A program made the translations under genes and the position numbers. A DNA stretch of 64,000 bases from an uncultured virus (IMG/VR IMGVR_UViG_3300027770_000057) (lineage: Duplodnaviria > Heunggongvirae > Uroviricota > Caudoviricetes): positions 1 through 64,000 of the IMG/VR virus record IMGVR_UViG_3300027770_000057; one strand, 5' to 3'. Below the pieces are notes generated by a model, which was not told the origin of the DNA, made no database searches, and saw only the letters and a list, made by a program, of their open reading frames with translations. Shown here piece by piece: positions 1 to 8,243 of this stretch; within the stretch, counting starts at the first letter, position 1; each line of letters begins with the position of its first letter.

Positions 1-1
1 C

Positions 2-37
2 GGTGGTATGCAACAAGGAATGAATCCGCCTTCTTAG
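2..37 (+). CDS. 3' end of a gene entering from the left edge (…GGMQQGMNPPS*)
   Basis: Open frame from the window start to TAG at 35-37 with coding-like composition; too short to identify. Confidence 0.35.
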   Translation, partial: GGMQQGMNPPS

Positions 38-46
38 TATTAAAAA

Positions 47-190
47 ATGAAAATAGTAAAAACAAAAAAGTCAGATTCACTATTTAAACATAAACCAGAT
101 AAAATTATATTTTATACTGATTTAAAACCTAGAATTCCATTGGTTTTTTTTAATAGAAAAAATAATAATGATAAAAAAAATTCTAATTAA
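47..190 (+). CDS. small hypothetical protein (47 aa)
   Basis: ATG at 47 to TAA at 190 read manually; fills the gap and overlaps the next start. Confidence 0.3.
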   Translation: MKIVKTKKSDSLFKHKPDKIIFYTDLKPRIPLVFFNRKNNNDKKNSN

Positions 191-947
191 TTTTGGCTTT
201 ATGTATTTGTTTTTATTTGTTTTAAATTTTTTACATGCTATAAATATTGACTTGCAAAATAAATGTTTGTTGCCATCAGTAAAACTACTTTCCTATGCTA
301 AAAAAAGCATAGGAAGTGGTGTTATTATTAAATCATATCTTATGAAAGATAAAAGTTATTCAAATATTGTAATTTCTTGTAATCATGTTACTAAAAACAA
401 TAAAATTATTATAGAACTTACGAATATAAATAACAAAGTTGAATGTTATTACAGTACAGTTATATATGAAAATCAAATCAATGATATTTCTATAATTCAA
501 TTTAGAACAGATGAAAAACAAGCTGTAGCAGAAATTGATTTTAAAAATGATATTTTTATAGCTGATGATATAATTAGTGTTGGATATGGATTATCTAATT
601 TGCCAAAATTAGGATATGGAAAGATAATTACTCAAAAACAAAACGATAAGTTATTCAAAGGTACATTTTTTACTAATATACCTATGGTCATGGGAGACTC
701 TGGTGGCCCAATATACAAAGATAATAAATTAATCGCTATATCTCAAGCAATTAGAGTTATAGAATGGAACGAAACTATATTACCATTTCCTAACATATCT
801 GTAATAATACCAATTAATAAATTAATAGAGATAAATAAAGAAGAATCTGGCAAACTAAGGTTTATTATAGAAGAAAAAAGTAGCCCGCCAATGTTTCCTC
901 ATTTATTTTTACAAATGCAAGAATTTGATAAGATTTTAATTAAATAA
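168..947 (+). CDS. trypsin-like serine protease (S1 family) with N-terminal hydrophobic segment
   Basis: GSGVII, SCNH (catalytic His), NDISII (Asp), GDSGGP (catalytic Ser); hydrophobic N-terminus. Confidence 0.88.
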   Translation: MIKKILINFGFMYLFLFVLNFLHAINIDLQNKCLLPSVKLLSYAKKSIGSGVIIKSYLMKDKSYSNIVISCNHVTKNNKIIIELTNINNKVECYYSTVIYENQINDISIIQFRTDEKQAVAEIDFKNDIFIADDIISVGYGLSNLPKLGYGKIITQKQNDKLFKGTFFTNIPMVMGDSGGPIYKDNKLIAISQAIRVIEWNETILPFPNISVIIPINKLIEINKEESGKLRFIIEEKSSPPMFPHLFLQMQEFDKILIK

Positions 948-980
948 AACTATAATAATTAATATTATGGAGTTTAAAAT

Positions 981-1196
981 TTGATACAAAAAGATTGCTT
1001 TTTTTACATAGATACATCTTTAGATAAAGACAAACAAAAAATACAATCTATTTGCGTTGAATGTTATAATAAAAATTTCAAGGAAAAAAATTGTTGGTTT
1101 TGGAATGGTAAGAATTTAGGATATGGGCCTTGGGATATAAACTGTGATATTTGCAATTGTTTTATAAATGAAATTTACAGGAGTAAAATTGATTAA
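981..1196 (+). CDS. small putative zinc-binding protein
   Basis: CVEC…CDIC pairs; GGAG SD upstream of the TTG start. Confidence 0.6.
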   Translation: MIQKDCFFYIDTSLDKDKQKIQSICVECYNKNFKEKNCWFWNGKNLGYGPWDINCDICNCFINEIYRSKID

Positions 1197-1836
1197 AGAT
1201 TTGTACAATGTAAAATCAAAAGAAATAAAAATACCAAGCGAAGTTTTAGATAAAATATTTAAATCATTAGAAGCAGATTTTTTTGTTGAAATTAATGTTA
1301 AAAAAACTAGCATTATTAAATATTTAAATAAAAAAAACAATAACTTAATTCATTTTTTAAAACCAGAAGATGCTGAAATATTTAGAGAAATTAGGGATAA
1401 TTTAAAAGAATTTATCAATGAAGTAAAAAGTTTAAAAATAGACAAGAAAAAGATTGATGAATTAAGTGATAGAGAAGCTTTGATTTTTAATTTTATAAAA
1501 ACTAGTCAAGATAACGATAATATATCTATTAAGAAATTTAAAAGTGATGCTGAAGTCTTGTCTAAAGATTTAAAAGATTTTTTTATATCAAATAAAAAAT
1601 CATTAGATATTGTAAAAGGCTTTAATGAACCAACCAATGTAATTTTAATTCACTTGAATTCATTAAGCTATCAATCATTTTTTAAAATTCATGGAAATTT
1701 TTTAATGTTTAATAAAGCAAAAATATTATTAATCGGAGATGATATTTCTGCTAATATAAATTTCTTTAAAAAATATGAATTTAAACCATTGTATAAAAAT
1801 CTTACTAAGAATACTATTTGGTCTAAAAATGTTTAA
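1168..1836 (+). CDS. hypothetical protein
   Basis: 222-aa ORF overlapping the upstream gene; no motif recognised. Confidence 0.7.
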   Translation: MKFTGVKLIKDLYNVKSKEIKIPSEVLDKIFKSLEADFFVEINVKKTSIIKYLNKKNNNLIHFLKPEDAEIFREIRDNLKEFINEVKSLKIDKKKIDELSDREALIFNFIKTSQDNDNISIKKFKSDAEVLSKDLKDFFISNKKSLDIVKGFNEPTNVILIHLNSLSYQSFFKIHGNFLMFNKAKILLIGDDISANINFFKKYEFKPLYKNLTKNTIWSKNV

Positions 1837-2144
1837 ATATAACCTAATTTTTCAGCTGCCATTACTTCTGGTGCTGTAACATATCTGCCAACCATTTCAG
1901 ATACACATTTTAAAAAATGCTTTGCTATATCTTCTTTAATTTGTTTCCCAAGGCCCATTCTATGTGCTTCGTAAAAAGCAGACATATCTATGGAATAATC
2001 AAGAATTATTCCATCAATCATAATTTGTTTTTCAAAGCTGCCATTTGGATGATGAATATATCCAACTTTAAAGCTTTTCTTTCCTTCTGGTATGTTCTGA
2101 TTAACCAGAAGATTTAAATTTCTAATTGGCTCTTCTTTTTCCAT
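1833..2144 (-). CDS. hypothetical protein
   Basis: 103-aa ORF with normal composition, abutting the convergent gene. Confidence 0.7.
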   Translation of the reverse strand: MEKEEPIRNLNLLVNQNIPEGKKSFKVGYIHHPNGSFEKQIMIDGIILDYSIDMSAFYEAHRMGLGKQIKEDIAKHFLKCVSEMVGRYVTAPEVMAAEKLGYI

Positions 2145-2170
2145 GTATTATTATAATAATGTGTATAAAT

Positions 2171-2800
2171 TTATTTTAATATTTTATATAATTTTACATC
2201 TTCAGAATAATAAGACTTGACTCTTTCAATGATATCTTCTGATAGTTTTGGCTTTTCAAACTTTCCTTCATTGACTTTTTCCATTGGCCAATTTAATTCT
2301 GCATCTTTGCATAATTTTTCTAAGTCATCAGGAAACAAATAAAGTTTAGTAATTGGTTTTATCAAATAAGATTGCGTAAGAAAATGAGTGTTTTTTCTTA
2401 AATTTATACTTGTTTTTTCCAATACAACATTTTCATCGTTCTCAAGTGCTTTAATTGCTTTTTCAGGAGCTATTTCAAGATAAGCTACTGTAGAAGCAAA
2501 TCTAACTATTGGATCACGAACAGGCAATAAAACAACTGTATCTGGATCTTTTGAATAAGGACAAATGTTTTGCCAAAAAGCTATTGAATCTAATTTTTCA
2601 TTTTTTAACATTTTTTGAAAAGATTCTGGCAAACTATCTTTAAAATTTTGTGAAAACCTTGACCAAATTCTTTCGTGATCATCTAAAGCTTTTTTTAATT
2701 CTTCAGGATAATACTGTTTTACAATAGCACACGCCAAAGTGGATGAACCAACTTTGGCGTTAAATGCAATATGACATTTAGGTAATTTAAAATATCTCAT
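2171..2800 (-). CDS. sulfotransferase family 2-like protein
   Basis: 5'-PSB-like NAKVGSST, 3'-PB-like VRDPIVRFAS, HFLTQS, C-terminal YSEDVKLY. Confidence 0.75.
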   Translation of the reverse strand: MRYFKLPKCHIAFNAKVGSSTLACAIVKQYYPEELKKALDDHERIWSRFSQNFKDSLPESFQKMLKNEKLDSIAFWQNICPYSKDPDTVVLLPVRDPIVRFASTVAYLEIAPEKAIKALENDENVVLEKTSINLRKNTHFLTQSYLIKPITKLYLFPDDLEKLCKDAELNWPMEKVNEGKFEKPKLSEDIIERVKSYYSEDVKLYKILK

Positions 2801-2836
2801 AAAATATATTAGTTAATTTATGAGATATTTTTAAAA

Positions 2837-3187
2837 TTATACTGCTGGAGCAGGAGTTGTTGCTTCTGGAACAGGGGTTGTTGCTTCTGGAACAGGAGTT
2901 GTTGCTTCTGGAACAGGAGTTGTTGCTTCTGGAACAGGAGTTGTTGCTTCTGGAACAGGAGTTGTTGCTTCTGGAACAGGAGTTGTTGCTTCTGGAACAG
3001 GAGTTGTAGTTGGAATTGTACCAATTACTTCAATTTCTGCTTTAGGATTACCTTCTTTGTATTTATCAATACATAATTGTAAACCGCCAGCATCTTCAAT
3101 TATTGAATTACTCCAAATACTCATAACAATGTCATCTTTATTAGTAACTACTACTCTTGTTTCTTCAATTTTAACTTTAATCTTCAT
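2837..3187 (-). CDS. hypothetical protein with mucin-like (TTPVPEA)7 tail
   Basis: 116-aa ORF; GGAG SD; tandem repeat tail. Confidence 0.75.
   Translation of the reverse strand: MKIKVKIEETRVVVTNKDDIVMSIWSNSIIEDAGGLQLCIDKYKEGNPKAEIEVIGTIPTTTPVPEATTPVPEATTPVPEATTPVPEATTPVPEATTPVPEATTPVPEATTPAPAV
2851..3007. repeat. 21-bp tandem repeat CAGGAGTTGTTGCTTCTGGAA, about 7.5 copies
   Basis: Seen directly; one copy has a single substitution. Confidence 0.95.
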
Positions 3188-3567
3188 TTTGGACTCCTTT
3201 TAACATGATGTTTGCCATCTATTTCTGTTATTTCACAACCAAATTTTTTGTACCATTTTAATAATTTTTCTTGGTTCATTCCCAAAAAAAACTTATCTTT
3301 TTTTGTAACAGAAGGCCCAACTAATGTTGGATAAGCTATTCCTAACATTGTAATTTTATTTTTATCTGCTAAATTACATAAAAACTTGCAAGTTTTATTT
3401 GCCTCAAAAGGATTGAATGAAATTATTTTTATTAATTTAAAAGTACTTTCATTAATCATTTTGCATCTTAGAAGAGTTTCCCCATGTTTCAAATGATGTC
3501 CACATGGGGATGTATTTTTATTTAACTCTTCCCAAAAAGAATTATCAATAGGTGTAATAATATTCAC
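3184..3567 (-). CDS. GNAT-like (acyltransferase-fold) protein, degenerate motif A
   Basis: LCNLADKNKITMLGIAYP…LLKWYKKFGCE resembles the GNAT C-terminal strand/helix with WYxxxG; no clear R/QxxGxG motif. Confidence 0.45.
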   Translation of the reverse strand: MNIITPIDNSFWEELNKNTSPCGHHLKHGETLLRCKMINESTFKLIKIISFNPFEANKTCKFLCNLADKNKITMLGIAYPTLVGPSVTKKDKFFLGMNQEKLLKWYKKFGCEITEIDGKHHVKRSPK

Positions 3568-3578
3568 CTATAATGAAA

Positions 3579-3938
3579 TTAATTATCATAGTCGCCATCA
3601 ACAAACTTACCATTTGCATCTTTGATAACTAAGAAATCAACATCTCTTTTCTTGTTTCCTGAAATGGTAAAGCTAGTTACAAGACCATCACCATTTACAT
3701 TTTTATAAAGACCCCAAGCTTTGCCAGCAGTAACAATAGTTAATTTTTCTGGAACATCCCAAACATATTCAGGAAGTTCAACATTGGCTTCTCCATTATT
3801 ACCTTCTTCAATATAAACAGTTCCACTATAAACAACATGTGGATCTAAAATAGAAACATATTGTGTTCTATTGTTTAATGGCCCTTTGTTAGGCTCTCCT
3901 GCACCATTGCCAACACCTGTAACACTTGAAGCACCCAT
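3579..3938 (-). CDS. MGASS-leader family protein 4 (putative virion decoration protein)
   Basis: N-terminus MGASSVTGVGNGA; AAGGAG SD; beta-rich body. Confidence 0.8.
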   Translation of the reverse strand: MGASSVTGVGNGAGEPNKGPLNNRTQYVSILDPHVVYSGTVYIEEGNNGEANVELPEYVWDVPEKLTIVTAGKAWGLYKNVNGDGLVTSFTISGNKKRDVDFLVIKDANGKFVDGDYDN

Positions 3939-4011
3939 AATATTCTCCTTTTTATAATTGTTAAAATAAACAATTCTTATACTATCTATTAATTTTAAAA
4001 AATATCTTACA

Positions 4012-4045
4012 AATAAATATACTCATGTAGATGAGTATATTTATT
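4012..4045 (-). terminator. 15-bp-arm inverted repeat between leader-family genes
   Basis: AATAAATATACTCAT-gtag-ATGAGTATATTTATT directly after the stop of 4052..4585. Confidence 0.65.
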
Positions 4046-4051
4046 AAGATA

Positions 4052-4585
4052 CTAAAGTGCAGCTATTGCTGTTTTAAAAGCAGCAAAATCAGCACAGCTA
4101 GAAACTAAAGTCTTTAAATCAGATATTTTAATCCAAATATTATTGTTATTAAAATCTTTAATATCTCCGCCATCTGGTAATGTCATAATGCCATTATCAT
4201 GAAATCTCCAGTTGTTATTATCAACATCAATGTTTACTTGATGTTCATCGCTAGCACTATCTCCACCATCAAGATTATCATCAAGGCTGTGATTGCCTAC
4301 AGTAATACTTACAGCAGGACCATAATTTTCTTCCATGTCTCTTTGACCACCCCACCATAATCCTAAATATTCTGTATTACTTGAAGCCCAAATTACTGAT
4401 TCTTGATCAAGAGATTCCTGATCTGATGCCCATAGTGTTCCAACTAAAAGATCACCAGTAAAGGCAGTAAGGTCTACTATGTTTGATAAATTCCTTACAT
4501 TTTCTGGTTTAATATTATTTTGAATTCTTGGAAAAGAATTCTCCACTGCTCCACTACCTGTACCTTCTGTTGATGTTGCTCCCAT
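4052..4585 (-). CDS. MGASS-leader family protein 3 (fibre-like C-terminus); start reassigned to 4585
   Basis: MGATSTEGTGSGA at ATG 4585 with AGAAAGGA SD; WRFHDNGIMTLPDGG and LKTLVSSCADFAAFKTAIAAL resemble phage fibre segments. Confidence 0.8.
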   Translation of the reverse strand: MGATSTEGTGSGAVENSFPRIQNNIKPENVRNLSNIVDLTAFTGDLLVGTLWASDQESLDQESVIWASSNTEYLGLWWGGQRDMEENYGPAVSITVGNHSLDDNLDGGDSASDEHQVNIDVDNNNWRFHDNGIMTLPDGGDIKDFNNNNIWIKISDLKTLVSSCADFAAFKTAIAAL

Positions 4586-4609
4586 AATTATTTTCCTTTC
4601 TATAAAAAA

Positions 4610-4642
4610 AATATTACAGGGTTTTATAAACCCTGTAATATT
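4610..4642 (-). terminator. 15-bp-arm hairpin with A-tract (U-tract on the minus strand)
   Basis: AATATTACAGGGTTT-tat-AAACCCTGTAATATT downstream of 4656..5066. Confidence 0.7.
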
Positions 4643-4655
4643 AAGTTGCATTACA

Positions 4656-5066
4656 TTAAATTACATTAAGACCATACTTAACAACTTGATACATGAATAC
4701 TCTTTCATCATTATCGCCTGTATGAAGATTGAAGCCACCGAATCCACTATCCCAACCTTCATCAGCATTGTTGCCGTTGGCATCAAGCTTTTCGATATGT
4801 GGTGGATAGTTATTACGACCATCACTATTAGTAAAGTCAGATTGCATAGCAAAAACGCCATACTTTTCTGGACCTTCTGGAAATTCTGGTAGCCTCACAA
4901 TAACTTGCCAATTGCCAGAACCTGTAGTATCTGGCTCTGTGGTACATTCTCCACATGCTACCACAACACAACCAGCACCTATTGGAGCAAAATAATCACG
5001 ACCATTGTGTGGCCCTTTGGTAAAAGCTGCACCAACGCCTGTACCAGTAACACTTGAAGCACCCAT
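4656..5066 (-). CDS. MGASS-leader family protein 2
   Basis: N-terminus MGASSVTGTGVGAA; AGAAAGGA SD. Confidence 0.8.
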   Translation of the reverse strand: MGASSVTGTGVGAAFTKGPHNGRDYFAPIGAGCVVVACGECTTEPDTTGSGNWQVIVRLPEFPEGPEKYGVFAMQSDFTNSDGRNNYPPHIEKLDANGNNADEGWDSGFGGFNLHTGDNDERVFMYQVVKYGLNVI

Positions 5067-5101
5067 AATAAGTTCCTTTCTAAAAAACTTAATTTTTAAT
5101 T
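5056..5101. repeat. 46-bp exact direct repeat, copy 1 (translation-initiation region plus first codons)
   Basis: GAAGCACCCATAATAAGTTCCTTTCTAAAAAACTTAATTTTTAATT identical to 5425-5470. Confidence 0.9.
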
Positions 5102-5435
5102 ACAATCCTATTCCTTTATAAACTACCATATAGTTTACAACATCACTTCCACTTGCATATACAGTAAATTTCCAATTTGCATCAACTGCGGAAGCAGAAG
5201 TAGCAGCAGGACTAGAAGCATCAGTATTAGTTACTAATACAATCCATTCTGTATTATCATCACTTAATTGTGGTAATTGAACAACTTTTGAACCGCCTGA
5301 ACATGTTACAGAATTAGCTGCACCAATATAAGGCCCAATTAAGTGTGAAACTCCAAGAGTTTGACGACCACTAGCACCTTTGTTTGATGATTCAGCAGAT
5401 CCTACACCTTTACCGCTAACACTAGAAGCACCCAT
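5100..5435 (-). CDS. MGASS-leader family protein 1
   Basis: N-terminus MGASSVSGKGVGSA; ends VVNYMVVYKG, similar to FMYQVVKYG of protein 2 and VDFLVIKD of protein 4. Confidence 0.8.
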   Translation of the reverse strand: MGASSVSGKGVGSAESSNKGASGRQTLGVSHLIGPYIGAANSVTCSGGSKVVQLPQLSDDNTEWIVLVTNTDASSPAATSASAVDANWKFTVYASGSDVVNYMVVYKGIGL

Positions 5436-5470
5436 AATAAGTTCCTTTCTAAAAAACTTAATTTTTAATT
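5425..5470. repeat. 46-bp exact direct repeat, copy 2
   Basis: Identical to 5056-5101. Confidence 0.9.
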
Positions 5471-5555
5471 TAATTAAAGTCTAATTTATATATTTTTAAT
5501 TTAAATTAATTATTTATTTTTTGGTTAGAATTCCTACCAAAAAAGTAAATAATAT

Positions 5556-6146
5556 ATGATTCAAAAATGGCAATACTTTGAAAGTAATTTAACTTTAAGT
5601 GAAAGAGAATCACAAATTATAACAGGTACATTGCTTGGAACATCTTCTATTGTATTTCCTGATAAATCTAAGAATCCACATCTTTTAATGAGATCTCCTA
5701 AGAAAGATCCAATTTGGATTAGATGTAAAGCTTTTGAATTAAAAAAACTATCTAGACCTAAATCTTTTATAGAAGATAAATATTATTATAGGTGGAATTC
5801 ATCATCGACAGAATTATTAAAAAATCATTATAATATTTTTTATAAAAAAGGAACCAAACAAATATCTTTTAAATTATTAGAATCATTAAAACCATTATCT
5901 ATAGCTTGTTGGTTTTTAGATAAAGGATTTATCAATGAATATGAATGTGGATTAAAATTAAATACATCTAATAAATCACTTGAAAATATATTAAATTTTT
6001 TTAAATTATTAGACATTCCTTTATTTAAAAAACAAAACTATTACATTTTTAAAGAAAAGAAAAATGTAAATTCTTTTTTTAATATAATAAAAAATCATAT
6101 ACCAATTGAAATAAAAAAGAATATATTAATACATTTGGAATTTTAA
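5556..6146 (+). CDS. LAGLIDADG-type homing endonuclease-like protein, catalytic residues degenerate
   Basis: QIITGTLLGTSSI (cf. GxLLGDG) and LSIACWFLDKG (cf. LAxWFMDDG); YNIFYKKGTKQI segment typical of LAGLIDADG_2. Confidence 0.7.
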   Translation: MIQKWQYFESNLTLSERESQIITGTLLGTSSIVFPDKSKNPHLLMRSPKKDPIWIRCKAFELKKLSRPKSFIEDKYYYRWNSSSTELLKNHYNIFYKKGTKQISFKLLESLKPLSIACWFLDKGFINEYECGLKLNTSNKSLENILNFFKLLDIPLFKKQNYYIFKEKKNVNSFFNIIKNHIPIEIKKNILIHLEF

Positions 6147-6377
6147 GACATTATCATATAAATCTTTTAAAGTTATGCCTGTATTTAAATTATTATAAAT
6201 AGTATCGTCAACTTTAATTTTAAATTTAATCTCAATATCAAAAATAAGTTGCATCATATCCAAGGAATCAACTTTTAAATCAAAGATTTTTGTAATTTCG
6301 TTTATTTCATCTACAGAACATGAATCTGCTAAAGATTCACAGATAACTTCTTTGAATGTTTCAAAATTTAGTTCCAT
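6126..6377 (-). CDS. acpP: acyl carrier protein
   Basis: Acidic 83-aa protein with DLKVDSLDMMQL (phosphopantetheine Ser motif), IEIKFKIKV and TLKDL. Confidence 0.85.
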   Translation of the reverse strand: MELNFETFKEVICESLADSCSVDEINEITKIFDLKVDSLDMMQLIFDIEIKFKIKVDDTIYNNLNTGITLKDLYDNVLKFQMY

Positions 6378-6490
6378 GATATTCTCCGAATATGTATCAT
6401 AACTTTAATTATATTATTAATAATCATATTATGTGTCAAGTAAAAATTATTTATTGTTAAACTTTATAATTTTTTTTTATATATTTCTTT

Positions 6491-8041
6491 TTAAAGCGGT
6501 TCCTCACAATCTAAGAGTTGATTTTCTAATTCTTGAATTTCTTCATTTAATGTTTGAATCATATTAAGAAGTTGGTTTATATCGCCTTCTAACTCATCAT
6601 CTTTATCTTCGGCCTCACTTCTTTTTTCTCGCAGAGGTTTTAAGATAGAATTATAATATTCAAGTTCATCAAGCGTATATTGCGTAGTTTCTTTTTTTGT
6701 ATTTTTTAAGTTATCAGCAAGGCTACGCACAGAAGCTATTCCATCGTTACCAATTCCATAGGCTGTATAATCAGGATTATTCATAATGTCACCAATAGCT
6801 CTAAATCGCTCTTCGTTGTCTTCCTTATATTGCGATATTCTTAGCAGATCATATGGGTCTAGAATTTCGTTAGAATATATTTTTTGCAATTCTATATTGT
6901 TAAATTTTATGGAATTGTTTGCGAATTCATATTGTCTTACAAGGTCTATAATATTGGACACAATACCATATAATCTATCAATTTCATCTTGTATTTGTTC
7001 ATTATATTCATTATTAGAATCACTATTAGGATCATCTTCTATTAATTGGTTTATTTTATCATTTAATTCGTCATATTCTTTTTGAGTGTCATTTAAATAT
7101 TTTTGAGGTTCTTCTCGTTCTTTTGTTTTATCAGCAATACTTGTTTCCTTATTTAGTACTTGGATTTCTTTTTCTCTTATGTTTTCTCTTATTGTATCAC
7201 AATTTGGTCGTTGTGTTGTTGTACTTGTTGTTGTACTTGTTGTTGTACTTGTTGTTGTACTTGTTGTTGTACTTGTTGTTGTACTTGTTGTTGTACTTGT
7301 TGTTGTACTTGTTGTAGTCGTTGTAGTCGTTGTAGTTGGTGCTTCTGTTGTTGTAGGTGCTTCTGTTGTAGAACCATCACCGTCAAAAGAAAATATTGTT
7401 CTTGTTCTTGTTCTTGCTATTGTTCTTGCTCTTGTTGTGGTAGGTGCTTCTGTTGTGGTAGGTGCTTCTGTTGTTGTAGGTGTACTTTTTGTATGGCCAT
7501 TACCGTCAAAAGAAAACATTGGTTTTGTTTTTATTTTATTTAAAGTAGAATTATTTAAATTTTTTATTGTTCTTTTAGATTGATTAATTCTGTCAAGTTC
7601 TACATAAGTATTTGTTAATTTATTTATACTAACTTTTGTTTTTTTTAATTTTTCTATTAGCTCTAATGTATTTTCTGTATTTTCTAGAAGATTATTCTCT
7701 GTTTTTTTGAATTTACTTTGCAATGATGTAATTTTATTAGAAAATAAATTGTTTTTATCAATTGCAATATTTTTTTTATCTTTAACTAATTTTAAGTTTT
7801 GTTCAGTTGGATTATCAATATAATCATTAATAGTTTTTATTAATTCATCTGCTGAAACATTATTTCTTCTAAATGAATTTTTGCTATTATCAAATGATTG
7901 CTTGGTTTTTTTAAAACTTAAAGTACTTTTTTTTATATTATTTAAAAGTTTATTAGATTTTTCTATAGATTCTGTTGTATTTGATTTTATCAAATTAACA
8001 AATTGTCTTGCTTCTTTAATTTTAGATTTTATTTTTTTCAT
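6491..8041 (-). CDS. coiled-coil protein with central Thr-rich low-complexity linker
   Basis: Basic N-terminal coiled coil, TTTEAP/TTTS repeats, acidic C-terminal coiled coil. Confidence 0.75.
   Translation of the reverse strand: MKKIKSKIKEARQFVNLIKSNTTESIEKSNKLLNNIKKSTLSFKKTKQSFDNSKNSFRRNNVSADELIKTINDYIDNPTEQNLKLVKDKKNIAIDKNNLFSNKITSLQSKFKKTENNLLENTENTLELIEKLKKTKVSINKLTNTYVELDRINQSKRTIKNLNNSTLNKIKTKPMFSFDGNGHTKSTPTTTEAPTTTEAPTTTRARTIARTRTRTIFSFDGDGSTTEAPTTTEAPTTTTTTTTTSTTTSTTTSTTTSTTTSTTTSTTTSTTTSTTTQRPNCDTIRENIREKEIQVLNKETSIADKTKEREEPQKYLNDTQKEYDELNDKINQLIEDDPNSDSNNEYNEQIQDEIDRLYGIVSNIIDLVRQYEFANNSIKFNNIELQKIYSNEILDPYDLLRISQYKEDNEERFRAIGDIMNNPDYTAYGIGNDGIASVRSLADNLKNTKKETTQYTLDELEYYNSILKPLREKRSEAEDKDDELEGDINQLLNMIQTLNEEIQELENQLLDCEEPL
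7212..7518. repeat. 12-bp (TTTS) tandem repeat, about 8 copies, plus 18-bp TTTEAP units and duplicated FSFDGxG
   Basis: GTTGTTGTACTT repeats and GGTGCTTCTGTTGT units seen directly. Confidence 0.9.
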
Positions 8042-8159
8042 ATATTATATATACTTTTATTTATTTTTTCAAAGAAGTTTATGAACTAAACATAAGCTTG
8101 GATGATGTTTTAAATAATTCTGAAATAATTACACTTTTTAATAGCAAATAATATTAAAT

Positions 8160-8199
8160 AAAAAAACCCACTTAGTTTAACACTAAGTGGGGATTTTTT
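8160..8199 (-). terminator. rho-independent terminator after the major capsid gene (bidirectional-looking)
   Basis: CCCACTTAGT-ttaac-ACTAAGTGGG flanked by A-run and T-run. Confidence 0.85.
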
Positions 8200-8243
8200 A
8201 TTATTCTAAAGTTTTATGTTAGCTTAAGAATATAGTGTAAAAA

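Noticed and set aside
2..37. GGM-containing C-terminus suggesting GroEL
   Set aside because: Only 11 residues are visible; insufficient evidence
2818..3024. QKQQLLF-repeat ORF; possible CRISPR-like array
   Set aside because: Alternative frame of the 21-bp repeat; the repeats are contiguous with no unique spacers
7123..7583. Poly-Cys, poly-Val, LYLL and poly-Gln ORFs
   Set aside because: Shadow frames of the Thr-repeat region in 6491..8041
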